Origin: Nitrosopumilus sp.
GTDB taxonomy: Archaea > Thermoproteota > Nitrososphaeria > Nitrososphaerales > Nitrosopumilaceae
Direction of reading: 5' to 3'
DNA: 64,000 nucleotides
Assembly: GCA_965218695.1 (NCBI GenBank)
Contig: OZ244651.1
Location: 1,920,001 to 1,984,000, forward strand
Positions 49,270-59,569 of this stretch are shown in pieces (position 1 is the stretch's first letter; every line of letters starts with the position of its first letter). Under the pieces are notes generated by a model. The model made no database searches. It had not been told where the DNA came from and saw nothing but the letters and a program-made list of their open reading frames with translations. A program made the translations under genes and the position numbers.

Positions 49270-49811
49270 GTCCAGCCCCGGATGACCCGGAGGGCATCTG
49301 CAATCAATGTCTCCTTTGACACGCCTATGTTTGACAGGGTATAGTCAGAGAGTACGATGGAATTGCTGATGCCTACGTTGAGTTCACGGCCATCCCGCTC
49401 GTCAAAGTGCTGCCTTGTCTGGGGATCGTCTGATCTTGCCCTCTTTTGCAGAAAACCAAATCGGACATCCGTTGAGGCGTGTACTGCCAGCAGCTTTACT
49501 TTGCCAAATTTCTGGAGTACGGCTACCTCGTCGTTGGATCTTACCCCGTCAACCAGTACGACATCAGATGCAGACGACTCGATCTTGGGCCTTATCAGTT
49601 CGGCTACGGCACCCGAACCGCCGTCTTCTCTGAGTTCAAGCATAAGTCTTCCAAGGTTTGTCCGGGTAGGCTCAAGACCGCGTCGGGTCGCCTCGTCCCT
49701 TACGGCATCACCCATGCTCAGTGCCTCATATCCCTCCGTCTTCAACCCGTCTACAATGGTGGTCTTTCCGGCACCTGGCATTCCAGTCAGACACACGATC
49801 AGTTTTGACAA
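49266..49811 (-). CDS. UPF0200 nucleotide kinase-like (dephospho-CoA kinase-like) protein
   Basis: GMPGAGKT, MGDAVR, DGVRS, RARSDD. Confidence 0.85.
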   Translation of the reverse strand: MSKLIVCLTGMPGAGKTTIVDGLKTEGYEALSMGDAVRDEATRRGLEPTRTNLGRLMLELREDGGSGAVAELIRPKIESSASDVVLVDGVRSNDEVAVLQKFGKVKLLAVHASTDVRFGFLQKRARSDDPQTRQHFDERDGRELNVGISNSIVLSDYTLSNIGVSKETLIADALRVIRGWT

Positions 49812-50180
49812 TGTGTAGGATTGGCAGAGCTGGTATATTGAAGTTGGGAGATATCATTATAGTAAGTTCCTCCCGGAGATGGAGTTGTGAGAACCTTCGT
49901 GGCAGTCCAGATATCAGACACGGGCATAATTGACTGGATAGGAAGAATCCGGTCAGAAATTGGGGCAGGTCACAGGCATGTAAGGCCGGAGAATCTTCAT
50001 TTTACGCTACAGTTCCTAGGAGAGATCCCAGAGGACGTCCTTGGAGAAGTAATCAGGGCCGTCGAAGGCATCAGGTTTTTGGGGTTTGACGTGTCGCTAA
50101 TGGGGATCGGTGCGTTTCCCAGTGCAAGACGCCCAAGGGCGGTATGGGTGGGCACAGACAGTGCAGGAGGCGACATGCTA

Positions 50181-51274
50181 TAGTGACGCGCAAAAGTTTT
50201 GACAAATTCTGCCCGAAAACTATGTAGATCCGTGGTCCTTGAACGCAGCATGGACGAAACAAAACAGGAAGAACTCGAAAAGGCGTACAAAAAGGAAAAA
50301 GACGGCAGGGTGCGTGTCAGAATGCTTGCAGTGCACATGGTACACGTGCGCAAGATGAGCATAAGCGATGCCGCAGACATTCTCTTGCAGGCTGACCGGT
50401 GGGTATACCGCTGGATGCGCAGATACGAGGAAGGAGGCCTCGAAGGCCTCCGGGATCTTCCCAGATCCGGCAGGCCGCCCAAGATTTCGCCGGAAGCGAT
50501 GGACGGCATACTGGACAAGGTAGTGGACCGGTTCAAGACCACTCCTGCCGAACTGCAGCAGGTCATACACAGGGAAACGGGAACAAAGATGCACAGAACG
50601 AATATCAGGAAAATCATGCAAAAATACGGCCTGTCTCCCAAGGGGTCGCAAAGGATCCACATCAACAGGGCCACCAAAACGGCCGTAAAAGCTGGCAATA
50701 TCGCCTCAAAAAGAGAATTTCACGCCTAGAAAAGGACGATTTTGTCCCAGTCGTGGAAGACGAGGCGTTCTTCATACACGACGTAAAATCGGGTCGCAAG
50801 TATTGGTCGCCTGTGGGGGTGCCAATAACCGTGCCATACACTGGAAGCCACAAAAGAATCGCCGTGTACGGTTCAGTCACGACCGATGGCAGGCAGTTCT
50901 TCAGGACTGCCAGCGGGTTTAACGCGCCCACATTTGTTGCGTACCTCAAGGCCCTGCAGAGGCATTTTGGGAAGGTGGCCGTCATGGTGGACAGGGCGTC
51001 CCCGCACCGCGCAAAAGCCGTCCGGACGCTGCTGCGCGAGAACAAGAACATCAAGATCATATACCTGCCAAAAGGCTCGCCGTATCTCAACGCCGTGGAA
51101 GAATGCTGGCACCAAGGAAAACGGAACCTGCTTGTCTCAGAATACTACAAAACCTTCTTGGACATGCACAGTGCCGTCTCCCAGTATTATCGAACTGCAA
51201 GATTCAATCTGGATTTGTTCAAATTCCTTAACAGAAAAGCCGAATTATTTTGCAGGAACTTTTGATCGCCACTA
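50181..51274 (+). mobile_element. IS630-family element
   Basis: IR TAGTGACGCGCAAAAGTT / AACTTTTGATCGCCACTA; TA duplication. Confidence 0.92.
50250..51265 (+). CDS. IS630 transposase (two overlapping frames, -1 shift near 50685-50715)
   Basis: PRSGRPP HTH; VEDEA, DRASPH, SPYLNAVEECW. Confidence 0.82.
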
Positions 51275-51518
51275 TAGTAGGGCTGTCAGGTAAGGTGCAA
51301 GAAGCACTTGAACCGTTAGGGCTGTCTCCGGACAAGCCGTTTAGACCACACCTGACTATATTTAGAATTAAAAAGAAGGCAGATGATATGACAGAGGAGT
51401 TGAAGAGGTATGAGGGAGTGTGTCTCGGGACACAGAGGATAGAGAGCATCAGGCTCAAGAAGAGCGTGCTGGAACCGGACGGTCCGACTTATTCGGATCT
51501 GGCAGTAGTGGGTGCCGT

Positions 51519-52847
51519 ATGAAGGAGATCATCTCTGAGGTTGCCAAAAGGTCAGTTCCCTCAGGGGAGGAGAGCCAAGAGATGGATGGTATTGCAGACA
51601 GGGTGTTTGCCATGGTACAAAAGACGATCGAGGGGTTTCCAGATGTTGTCGGACTGGAGTTTGGCGGGTCGTTTGCAAAGGGGACATGGCTGCCACTAGA
51701 TGCAGATGTGGACATATTCATCAGGTTCAAAGAGTCCGTTACGGACAGTGAGTTTGAACGAATCTCAATGACGGTGGGCTTTGAGGCCCTGAAGGATTAT
51801 TCCCCGTATGTCAGATACTCTGAGCACCCGTATGTGGAGGCCAGGGTTGGCGGGACAAAAATCAATGTGGTGCCATGTTATGACGTGGAGGCAGGAAGGT
51901 GGAGGAGTGCTGCAGACAGATCCACGTTCCATACCAAGTTCATGAAGGACGCGCTGAGTGCGGAGATGAAAAACGAGGTCAGGATTCTAAAGATGTTTCT
52001 AAAGGCAAATAGGATCTATGGTGCGGAGATAGCCAGGCAAGGCCTAAGCGGGTATCTGACGGAGGTGCTGGTGCTGGAGTTTGGCAGTTTTGAGGGCGTG
52101 GTAAGGGCCGTTTCGGAGATTGAGGAGGGGCAGGTTATTGGAAAGGCGTCAAGGAGTTTTGACAGTCCGGTAGTGATAGTGGATCCGATTGACGGGGACA
52201 GGAATCTGGCTGCGGCAATCTCCGGTGAGAATCTTGGAAGGCTGGTGATGTCGTGCAGGGCCTTCATGGAGAGACCCTCGCAGAAATTCTTTGAGAGCAG
52301 GGTGCCGGTGGCATCAGAGAAGTACTGGAAGAACATACTGGTAGTAGGATTTGAAGCCGAGGCAAGGGGTTCGGACATACTATGGGGACAGATAAAGAGA
52401 GCCGCATCCTCGCTGTCAACGCAGTTGGGACAGAGCGGATTCAGGGTGCTGAGAAGCAAAGCCCATACCGATGGGCAGGGAGAGGTGTGTCTATTCTTTT
52501 TGCTTGAGTCGCCAAGCATTTCGCAGGTGTATGCAAAGGAGGGACCAGAGTTTTTCAGAAGGGATGGTTCGGACAGGTTCGTCCAGAAACACCTCAAGGA
52601 TTCGGAGTTTGTGTGGGTTGGGGACGGAAGGATCAATGCGTTCAAGACAAGAAGTCATACGGAGGCAGAGGCATTCATGGGGGATCTGTTGGAGAACAGT
52701 CTCAAGACCTGTGTGCCGCAGGGCCTTCAGCAGGATTTCAGTCGCGGCTTCTGGATCAGAATGGGCGATAAGGACGTGGACAAATCAATTAAAGAGGCTG
52801 CAGGGGAATTGATCGCGACTGACGATGCACTCCTTTATTTCAATTGA
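51519..52847 (+). CDS. cca: CCA-adding enzyme (class I)
   Basis: GGSFAKGTWL, DVDIF, EHPY, SAADRS, SGYLTE, DPID..RNLAAA. Confidence 0.95.
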   Translation: MKEIISEVAKRSVPSGEESQEMDGIADRVFAMVQKTIEGFPDVVGLEFGGSFAKGTWLPLDADVDIFIRFKESVTDSEFERISMTVGFEALKDYSPYVRYSEHPYVEARVGGTKINVVPCYDVEAGRWRSAADRSTFHTKFMKDALSAEMKNEVRILKMFLKANRIYGAEIARQGLSGYLTEVLVLEFGSFEGVVRAVSEIEEGQVIGKASRSFDSPVVIVDPIDGDRNLAAAISGENLGRLVMSCRAFMERPSQKFFESRVPVASEKYWKNILVVGFEAEARGSDILWGQIKRAASSLSTQLGQSGFRVLRSKAHTDGQGEVCLFFLLESPSISQVYAKEGPEFFRRDGSDRFVQKHLKDSEFVWVGDGRINAFKTRSHTEAEAFMGDLLENSLKTCVPQGLQQDFSRGFWIRMGDKDVDKSIKEAAGELIATDDALLYFN

Positions 52848-53583
52848 AAAGTTTGCAGACAAGCCCTACTCGGGCATTCTGGGGTATCCAAAGGCCACCA
52901 GACGCCAGCTGAATGCAAGGATCAGGGAGCTTGAAAGACTTCGGGTAGGCACAATCGCACTGTCAGGTCCCACCATGCTTGGAAAGCTTGCGGTTCTGGG
53001 GAAGGGATACGCAGGGGTGGTGGTACTTGCAAGAAGGGACGGGCTGCAAGTGGCCCTGAAGATCAGAAGAACTGATTCCCAGAGAAGCAGCATGAAGGAC
53101 GAGGCCGTACTGCTGGGACTGGCAAACTCCATAGGCGTCGGGCCAGAGAGGCTGGCTGTAAGCAGAAATTTTTTGATCATGGAGTTTATCGAGGGAGTTA
53201 TGATAGGCCAGTGGGTGGGCTCGCTGAAGGGTGCAGGTAGCGTAAAGAGGCTCAAGGGGACAATCAGGAAGATTCTGGGAGAATGCTACAGGTTGGACAG
53301 GATAGGAGTTGACCACGGCGAGCTGAGCAACATCACCAAGCATGTCATAGTCGGAGAGGCAGGCCCGGTCCTGATTGATTTTGAGAGTTCAAGCGCCGAC
53401 AGGAGGCCGTCAAATGTCACATCCATAACCCAGGCAATCTACATCGGCTCGGGAATTGCAAAGAAGGTGCAAAGGATCTATAGAAACCCGTCCAAGGAGG
53501 AGATTATCACGGCGCTAAGGAAGTACAAGCGTGAAGGGACGCAGGAGAGTTTTGACGGACTCCTCAAAGTGTTGAAACTGTAG
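52825..53583 (+). CDS. Archaeal Ser/Thr kinase (RIO-like, COG2112-type)
   Basis: LGKGYAGVV, ALK, DHGELS, IDFESSS. Confidence 0.85.
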   Translation: MHSFISIEKFADKPYSGILGYPKATRRQLNARIRELERLRVGTIALSGPTMLGKLAVLGKGYAGVVVLARRDGLQVALKIRRTDSQRSSMKDEAVLLGLANSIGVGPERLAVSRNFLIMEFIEGVMIGQWVGSLKGAGSVKRLKGTIRKILGECYRLDRIGVDHGELSNITKHVIVGEAGPVLIDFESSSADRRPSNVTSITQAIYIGSGIAKKVQRIYRNPSKEEIITALRKYKREGTQESFDGLLKVLKL

Positions 53584-53742
53584 TGGCGGGTCTGACGCAG
53601 ACAGGATCTTTGCCGGTGTGACTTTTGGGAGTGGGATTGCCGGGTTCCTGCGCCGTGGCCGCCATTGAGTAGTAGTTATTCAACCCACACACGGAAGCAA
53701 GATCCAAACGAGCTGCCAGAATGGGAACGTGTTAGGGTTGCA

Positions 53743-53819
53743 TGGTGGGATCGGCAGGATTTGAACCTGCGACCACTAGTCCCCCAGACTAGTATCATAC
53801 CAAGCTAGACGACGATCCC
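53743..53819 (-). tRNA. tRNA-Pro(GGG) with encoded CCA
   Basis: GGGATCG/CGATCCC-ACCA; anticodon arm CTAGT-CT GGG GG-ACTAG; TTCAAAT. Confidence 0.95.
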
Positions 53820-53872
53820 TGTATGGAGGCAGCAGGTGAAATTATTAAATCGTCGTATTATACACAGAACAC

Positions 53873-54079
53873 ATGAAGATCTGCAATGTCTGCAACAGGG
53901 TGTCTGCCACAGATGAGGACCACACAGACTGCATCCAGATGAGGAGGGTCGAGTTGGAAGATGACGATTTCAAGAACAGTATTCCAGAAAAGATGGACAT
54001 GATCGGGAACCCGCAGGATCTGGGCGTCGAGATCAGGGCTGTTCTAGAACACCTTGCAAGAGAAAAGACAGAAGACTAG
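53873..54079 (+). CDS. Small Zn-binding protein
   Basis: CNVC...HTDC. Confidence 0.7.
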   Translation: MKICNVCNRVSATDEDHTDCIQMRRVELEDDDFKNSIPEKMDMIGNPQDLGVEIRAVLEHLAREKTED

Positions 54080-54816
54080 CGTTCCTGTGTCGTGGGCCTT
54101 ATCAGAACCTCGTTTACATTGACGTAAGGGGGAGCACTTACCGCATACAGAATTGCCTCTGCTATGTCCTTGGCGCGCAGCGACTGCATCTTTTTTGCCT
54201 TCTCCACAAATCCCTGCAGGGACTCGTCAGTAATGGTGTCGTTGAGCTCCGTATCCACAACCCCGGGTTCGATGCTGGTAACCCTGATGCCCAGGCGTGT
54301 GCTGAACTCCTGCCTCAGTCCCTCGCTTAAGGCGGTAACTGCATGCTTTGTAGCACAGTAGACGCTTCCTGATGGAAAGACTATCCTACCTGCCACCGAG
54401 GAGAGGTTTACAATGTGCCCGGATTTTTTCTCCTTCATGTGAGAGATTACTGCAGCAGTGCAGTACAGCACGCCCTTGATGTTCACGTCAACCATCTGAT
54501 CCCATTCATCCACCTTGAGGTTCTTGAAGAAGCTCAGTGGCATCAGCCCTGCATTGTTTACAAGTATGTCAATGGAGCCCCATCTCTCCAGGACCGCCTT
54601 GGCAAAGTCCTCACACTCGGATCTTTTTGTCACGTCCAGTTTTTGATAGAATGCTTGGCCGCCGCCGGCAGAGATCTTTTCTGCAAGGTCTGCCAGCCTA
54701 TCAACCCTCCTGGCACCTATGGCAACCTTGGCACCTGCCTCAGACAGTGCAAGGGCAGTCGCAAGCCCTATGCCGCTGCTTGCACCCGTCACAATTGCAA
54801 CCTTGTCTTTAATCAT
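54076..54816 (-). CDS. SDR oxidoreductase
   Basis: TGASSGIG, NNAG, YCATK. Confidence 0.95.
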   Translation of the reverse strand: MIKDKVAIVTGASSGIGLATALALSEAGAKVAIGARRVDRLADLAEKISAGGGQAFYQKLDVTKRSECEDFAKAVLERWGSIDILVNNAGLMPLSFFKNLKVDEWDQMVDVNIKGVLYCTAAVISHMKEKKSGHIVNLSSVAGRIVFPSGSVYCATKHAVTALSEGLRQEFSTRLGIRVTSIEPGVVDTELNDTITDESLQGFVEKAKKMQSLRAKDIAEAILYAVSAPPYVNVNEVLIRPTTQER

Positions 54817-54910
54817 CTAGATTCACAGTCTCCAGACATCGTAAAAATGTTTATACACTAGATCCGCAGGCCACTGGTAACTTTATTAGAAGAAAAGAAT
54901 AACGTGTCAT

Positions 54911-55132
54911 GTGAAGGCTGAAAAGTGTGCCTATTGCGGTGATATGATAGACATGCCGTTCCACTGTAACTACTGCAAGGATCCGTTTTGTGCAGAACAC
55001 CGGCTCCCAGAAGAGCACAGGTGTGTCAGACTCAGTCAAATCAGAGCAAACCGGTTTGGGGAGAAGAAGGTCATTCGGGACGGCGGACCAAACAAACCAA
55101 GCATCTTCAAGCGCATGTTCGGACGATCCTAG
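54911..55132 (+). CDS. AN1-type zinc-finger protein
   Basis: CAYC...CNYC..FCAEHRLPEEHRC. Confidence 0.9.
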   Translation: MKAEKCAYCGDMIDMPFHCNYCKDPFCAEHRLPEEHRCVRLSQIRANRFGEKKVIRDGGPNKPSIFKRMFGRS

Positions 55133-55134
55133 AA

Positions 55135-55419
55135 TCAGTACGGAGTCTTGTCAGGAGATATCTTTGCCCTCTTGCCCTGGTATAGCAGTGCCACGGCAAG
55201 TGCAAACATTACAAGGGCCGTAAGCGGAAAGTTCTGTGGTTCCGGCAGGATAAACCAGTAGTATACGCCGAACCCTATCAAGACTGCCGCCTGAGTCCAC
55301 AGCTTTGCCCACTTAGGTGCCCTTACCAGCCTGCTTGCACCCTCGACTATGAATATCCCAATCACTGGATAGATGGTATAGAACAAAAAGTCAACAACGT
55401 CGACTCCTGTATGGGACAT
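55135..55419 (-). CDS. 3-TM membrane protein
   Basis: Three hydrophobic helices. Confidence 0.75.
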   Translation of the reverse strand: MSHTGVDVVDFLFYTIYPVIGIFIVEGASRLVRAPKWAKLWTQAAVLIGFGVYYWFILPEPQNFPLTALVMFALAVALLYQGKRAKISPDKTPY

Positions 55420-55449
55420 ACCATATCAAGAACAGGGCATAATTTCTAT

Positions 55450-56007
55450 CTAGTCTTCCCAGCGGACCTTGGCTGCGACATTCTTTACAATCAAGGCCTG
55501 GGCGTTCTCGTATGGGATCGTTGCAATGTCTTCTGCCTCAAACGGGCCGTACATCTCAAGGTCTGCACCGACGATCTTGTCAACCTTTTGCAGGAGTCGG
55601 ACTACGACCATTCTTGTCTTGTGGTTCGTGGTAATGGATTCAAGAAGCTTGGATCTTCCGTTGATGGTACTCAAGAGGATCATCTCCATTCTCTCCTTTT
55701 GCTCCTCCCCAGAGTCCAAAATGAACTTTTCCTCGTCTAGGAGACGGTCTGTCACAACGTCTGCGGATCTTGATATCTTGTCAAGCCTGGTTCGTATCAG
55801 CAGGGTGATCAGCTCCGTTGCAGTCTGTATCATGGTGTCTTTAATCTGGCCCTCCACGCCATCGTACTCCTGCCTATTCAAATTCCCCATAAAGTCAGAC
55901 AGGTTACGATAGAAGTCCGGGGCAACCTCCAGCAGGGAGTCGTTTTCTATCTCCCGCTGAACCATGTGGTGGAGGGAGCCGATATCTAACTTGTTTGATT
56001 CTGACAT
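55450..56007 (-). CDS. GINS subunit (Gins51/Sld5-like)
   Basis: PDFY, RLDKI, IVGADLEMYGPFEAEDIATIP. Confidence 0.82.
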   Translation of the reverse strand: MSESNKLDIGSLHHMVQREIENDSLLEVAPDFYRNLSDFMGNLNRQEYDGVEGQIKDTMIQTATELITLLIRTRLDKISRSADVVTDRLLDEEKFILDSGEEQKERMEMILLSTINGRSKLLESITTNHKTRMVVVRLLQKVDKIVGADLEMYGPFEAEDIATIPYENAQALIVKNVAAKVRWED

Positions 56008-56048
56008 TTCCTACCTAATCCTTAAATGATAGTCTTATTTGTGTTTGA

Positions 56049-57518
56049 TTGAAGCAGTTGCCCTATAAAGTAAGTCACGGAAAAGCAGTTAGGATTGCGT
56101 ACTCACCTGATGAGATTTTTGCCATAATCGAACACGAACAAATAAAGTTCATTGATCTCCAGTTTACCGGACTGACCGGCCACTTTCACCACACCACAAT
56201 CCCAGCTAGCACATTTACCCCGGATCAGATGAGGGACGGACTCCCAAAACTGGACGGATCCTCCATTGTGGGATTTACAAGCATAGACGATTCGGACCTT
56301 CTTCTAAAACCGGATCCCAACACGTTTGCAATAATTCCATGGATGACAGAGCACAAGACGGCAAGGATGCTCTGCGATATCTACTGGGGAGTGAACAGGG
56401 GAAGACTGTCAAGGGATCCCAGGGGGATTGCCCAAAAGGCCGAGGAATACGTCAAGACGCAGGGATTTGAGTACAGTACGTGGGGTCCGGAGGTGGAGTT
56501 CTTTGTGTTTGATAAGGTGCGCTGGGATGTCCTGACGCCGTACAAGGGACAGTCCTATTCCATTGAATCAAGGGAGGCGCCATGGAACCAAGAGGGGGAT
56601 GGATACCCCATGGGGCTCCAAGAGGGGTATTACCCAAGTACGCCGTCTGACACCCTTATGCTATACAGGAACGAGTGTGTGGATATTCTCCAGAAAAACT
56701 TTGGGATCCTGTGCGACAACCATCACCACGAAGTGGCCACAGCCGGGCAGTGTGAGATTGACATCAGGTACGATCTTTTGACAAACTCGGCAGATGCTGC
56801 ACAGTCATACAAGTACGTCATTAGAAACGTGGCCACAAAACATCACAAGGTTGCAACCATGATGCCAAAGCCGCTTGCAATGGATTCTGGTTCTGGCATG
56901 CATGTAAATGTCAGCCTCTGGAATGGAAAGAAGAACATGTTTTTTGATCCTGATGATGAGATCGAACTCAGTCAGACTGGAAGATACTTTTGCGGAGGGA
57001 TAATCAACCATGCCAAGGCTCTCTCGGCAATATGCAACCCTACGACCAACTCATATCACAGACTGGTTCCAGGGTATGAGGCGCCGGCATACATTGCATG
57101 GAGTTCTGGAAACCGTTCTGCAATTGTGAGGGTTCCAAAACACCTTACAGGAACAAAATACGCATACCTGAAGAGGTTGGAGTTCCGGGCGCCGGATCCC
57201 TCATCCAATCCGTACCTGGTGTTTGCCGCAGTCACTGCAGCCGGGATGGACGGGTTGAAGAAGAAGACTGAGCCTGGAGACATGGTTCACGAGGACATCT
57301 TCAACATGACAAAGTCGGACAGAAGCCGGAAGGGAATTGAAATGCTTCCAGGGAATCTGGGAGAGGCGCTTGACGAGCTGGAAAGCGACAAAAAGTTCCT
57401 CAGTCCGATATTTACCAACGATGTAATTGACAAGGTAGTGGAACTGGAGAGAAGGGATCAGCGGGAGATATCCATCAGACCGCACCCTCACGAGTTCTAC
57501 ATGTATTTTGATGTCTAG
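56049..57518 (+). CDS. glnA: Type I glutamine synthetase
   Basis: DGSSI, GPEVEFF, HHEVATAGQ, GSGMH, RLVPGYEAP, EFRAPD. Confidence 0.96.
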   Translation: MKQLPYKVSHGKAVRIAYSPDEIFAIIEHEQIKFIDLQFTGLTGHFHHTTIPASTFTPDQMRDGLPKLDGSSIVGFTSIDDSDLLLKPDPNTFAIIPWMTEHKTARMLCDIYWGVNRGRLSRDPRGIAQKAEEYVKTQGFEYSTWGPEVEFFVFDKVRWDVLTPYKGQSYSIESREAPWNQEGDGYPMGLQEGYYPSTPSDTLMLYRNECVDILQKNFGILCDNHHHEVATAGQCEIDIRYDLLTNSADAAQSYKYVIRNVATKHHKVATMMPKPLAMDSGSGMHVNVSLWNGKKNMFFDPDDEIELSQTGRYFCGGIINHAKALSAICNPTTNSYHRLVPGYEAPAYIAWSSGNRSAIVRVPKHLTGTKYAYLKRLEFRAPDPSSNPYLVFAAVTAAGMDGLKKKTEPGDMVHEDIFNMTKSDRSRKGIEMLPGNLGEALDELESDKKFLSPIFTNDVIDKVVELERRDQREISIRPHPHEFYMYFDV

Positions 57519-57787
57519 ACTTGGCCTGCAACATTCATGATGAGGAACAGTGAGGTTCCCATCAGGACAAACCCGCATCCAAGAAGAATGGGTTTCTTAT
57601 TCCAGGATAACGTGGCCCTGTAAAGCAGGAATCCGCCTCCAAGCCCTATAAACAGCACAAAGACCCCGTAGATGACGATGTCAAAACTTGTGTCGGTAAT
57701 CAACGGATAAAAGAATCCGGCAAGCAGCGTAAAGAATATGATCAGATAGATGTACTTGAGGCTCGCCAGAATGGATGACTTGTTCAT
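57515..57787 (-). CDS. 3-TM membrane protein
   Basis: Hydrophobic helices. Confidence 0.7.
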   Translation of the reverse strand: MNKSSILASLKYIYLIIFFTLLAGFFYPLITDTSFDIVIYGVFVLFIGLGGGFLLYRATLSWNKKPILLGCGFVLMGTSLFLIMNVAGQV

Positions 57788-57829
57788 TGTTATGTTCGGT
57801 ATGTAACTAAAGATTAAAGGGTTTCAGGC

Positions 57830-59527
57830 CTACATCATGCCGCCCATGTCAGGCATTCCACCCATGCCGGGAGGCATTCCACCCATGCCGGGAGGCATTC
57901 CACCTTCGCCTCCGGGTGGTCCGCCTGCGGATTTTTGTGTTGCAATTACATCATCAATTCTAAGAATCATGCAGGCAGCCTCAGAGGAAGCCGAGACGAT
58001 TTGGAGTTTTACCACAAGCGGTTCGATAATGTCGCTATTCTTCATATTGGATATCTTTCCCTTCATCACGTTAATTCCGGTCCACTTTTCGCCCCTTTGT
58101 TGTTTTGAACGTAGAAGGGTTATGGTGTTTATCGGATCCATTCCGGCATTCTCTGCTAGCGTCAGCGGAATTGATTCCAAGGCGTCTGCAAATTTCTCGG
58201 CGGCCAGCTGTTCTCTTCCTTCCAGTGTCTTTGCCCAACCCCTGAGTTTTGTTGCTGCAAACGTTTCAGGGGCGCCTCCGCCTGCAACGATAAATGGGCT
58301 CTGTATTACATCCTTTACAACCATGAGTGCGTCATTAATAGAGCGTGCGACCTCGTCTACCACTCTTTGTGAGCCTCCCCGGAGAAGTATGGTAACGGAT
58401 TTTGGATGCTTGCATCCCTCCACAAACACCCACCGGTCCTCTTCGATCTTTCTCTCTTCTACCAGTTCTGCGGTTCCAAGATCCTTCTCAAAGAGGTCGT
58501 CCAGATTTGTAACCACTCTGGCACCTGTTGCCTTTGCAAGTTTGCTAAGATCACTTTCCTTGATTCGCCTGACGGCAATCACGCCGGCCTTGGCAAGATA
58601 GTGCTGCGCCATGTCGTCAATCCCCTTTTGGCACAAAACCACGTTTGCCCCGGAACCGATAACCTTGTCAATCATGTTCTTTAGCATACGGTTCTCCTCG
58701 TCAAGGAATGATTTGAGCTGCTGAGGGTTTGAGATGTTAATCTTTGCATCAGTCTCGGTCTTGTTGATCTCCAAGGCGGTGTTGATTAGTGCAATCTTGG
58801 CCTCATCTATCTTCTTTGGCATGCCGCCGTGGACGATCTCCTTGTCAAGCACGATTCCCTGTACCACTGCAGAGTCCTTGATCGAGCCGCCGGCCTTCTT
58901 CTCCACCTTTATATCATCAACATCGATGTTGTGGGTGTCGTCTTCCTTCTCAACCACGGACAAGGTGGAGTCCACTACCATGTCGGCAAGCTGGTCTGAA
59001 TCTTTTCTGACAAGCTTGGTCTGCATTGCGGTCTTTGCTATCTTTGTCAAGATGGTCTTGTCACTTACGGAGACAGCAGTTGCAATGCTTTCCAGAAACT
59101 CCTTGGCCATCTTTCCTGCCTTTCGATATCCGTCAACTATGATTGTGGGATGTACGTTCTGGTCTATCAGTGATTCTGCGTTTTCAAGCAGGGCTCCTGC
59201 AAGAACCACAGCAGAAGTGGTGCCGTCGCCTACCTCGTTGTCGGTGGTCTTTGAAATTTCAACAAGCATCTTGGCTGCAGGGTGCTGGACATCAATCTCC
59301 TTAAGAATTGTAGCCCCGTCATTTGTAATGGTAACGTCTCCCAGAGAGTCCACCAGCATCTTGTCCATGCCACGCGGACCCAGACTTGTATGAATAATCT
59401 CTGCAATTATCTTGGATGCGGCAATGTTGTTCTTTTGTGCATCCTTGCCTTTTGTCTCAGAACTGCCCTCTTTTAACAGAACCACAGGCATGGTTCCCTT
59501 TGAAGTTGCCTGTATCGCCATATCCAA
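57830..59527 (-). CDS. Thermosome (group II chaperonin) subunit
   Basis: LGPRGMDKM, TNDGATIL, GDGTT, GGM tail. Confidence 0.96.
   Translation of the reverse strand: MDMAIQATSKGTMPVVLLKEGSSETKGKDAQKNNIAASKIIAEIIHTSLGPRGMDKMLVDSLGDVTITNDGATILKEIDVQHPAAKMLVEISKTTDNEVGDGTTSAVVLAGALLENAESLIDQNVHPTIIVDGYRKAGKMAKEFLESIATAVSVSDKTILTKIAKTAMQTKLVRKDSDQLADMVVDSTLSVVEKEDDTHNIDVDDIKVEKKAGGSIKDSAVVQGIVLDKEIVHGGMPKKIDEAKIALINTALEINKTETDAKINISNPQQLKSFLDEENRMLKNMIDKVIGSGANVVLCQKGIDDMAQHYLAKAGVIAVRRIKESDLSKLAKATGARVVTNLDDLFEKDLGTAELVEERKIEEDRWVFVEGCKHPKSVTILLRGGSQRVVDEVARSINDALMVVKDVIQSPFIVAGGGAPETFAATKLRGWAKTLEGREQLAAEKFADALESIPLTLAENAGMDPINTITLLRSKQQRGEKWTGINVMKGKISNMKNSDIIEPLVVKLQIVSASSEAACMILRIDDVIATQKSAGGPPGGEGGMPPGMGGMPPGMGGMPDMGGMM
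57851..57904. repeat. 21-bp repeat encoding the GGMPPGM tail
   Basis: AGGCATTCCACCCATGCCGGG x2.6. Confidence 0.85.
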
Positions 59528-59569
59528 TCGGTCATAGAATCCCTTATTATATTTTAAGATCGGCTACGG

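Larger units (their letters stand above)
49887..51522 (+). pseudogene. thpR: RNA 2',3'-cyclic phosphodiesterase interrupted by IS630
   Basis: HFTL and PHLT 2H motifs lie on either side of the IS; rejoins in frame as GDMLVGLSGK. Confidence 0.9.

Noticed and set aside
53578-53742. H/ACA guide RNA on the - strand (hairpin followed by ACA)
   Set aside because: No K-turn/K-loop visible, and wobble pairs favour the + strand; kept only as a generic structure
57837-59393. Long + strand ORFs (254 aa, 219 aa) and similar antisense ORFs elsewhere
   Set aside because: Shadow frames of conserved genes (thermosome, lysC, cca, transposases), Ser/Pro-rich with no motifs
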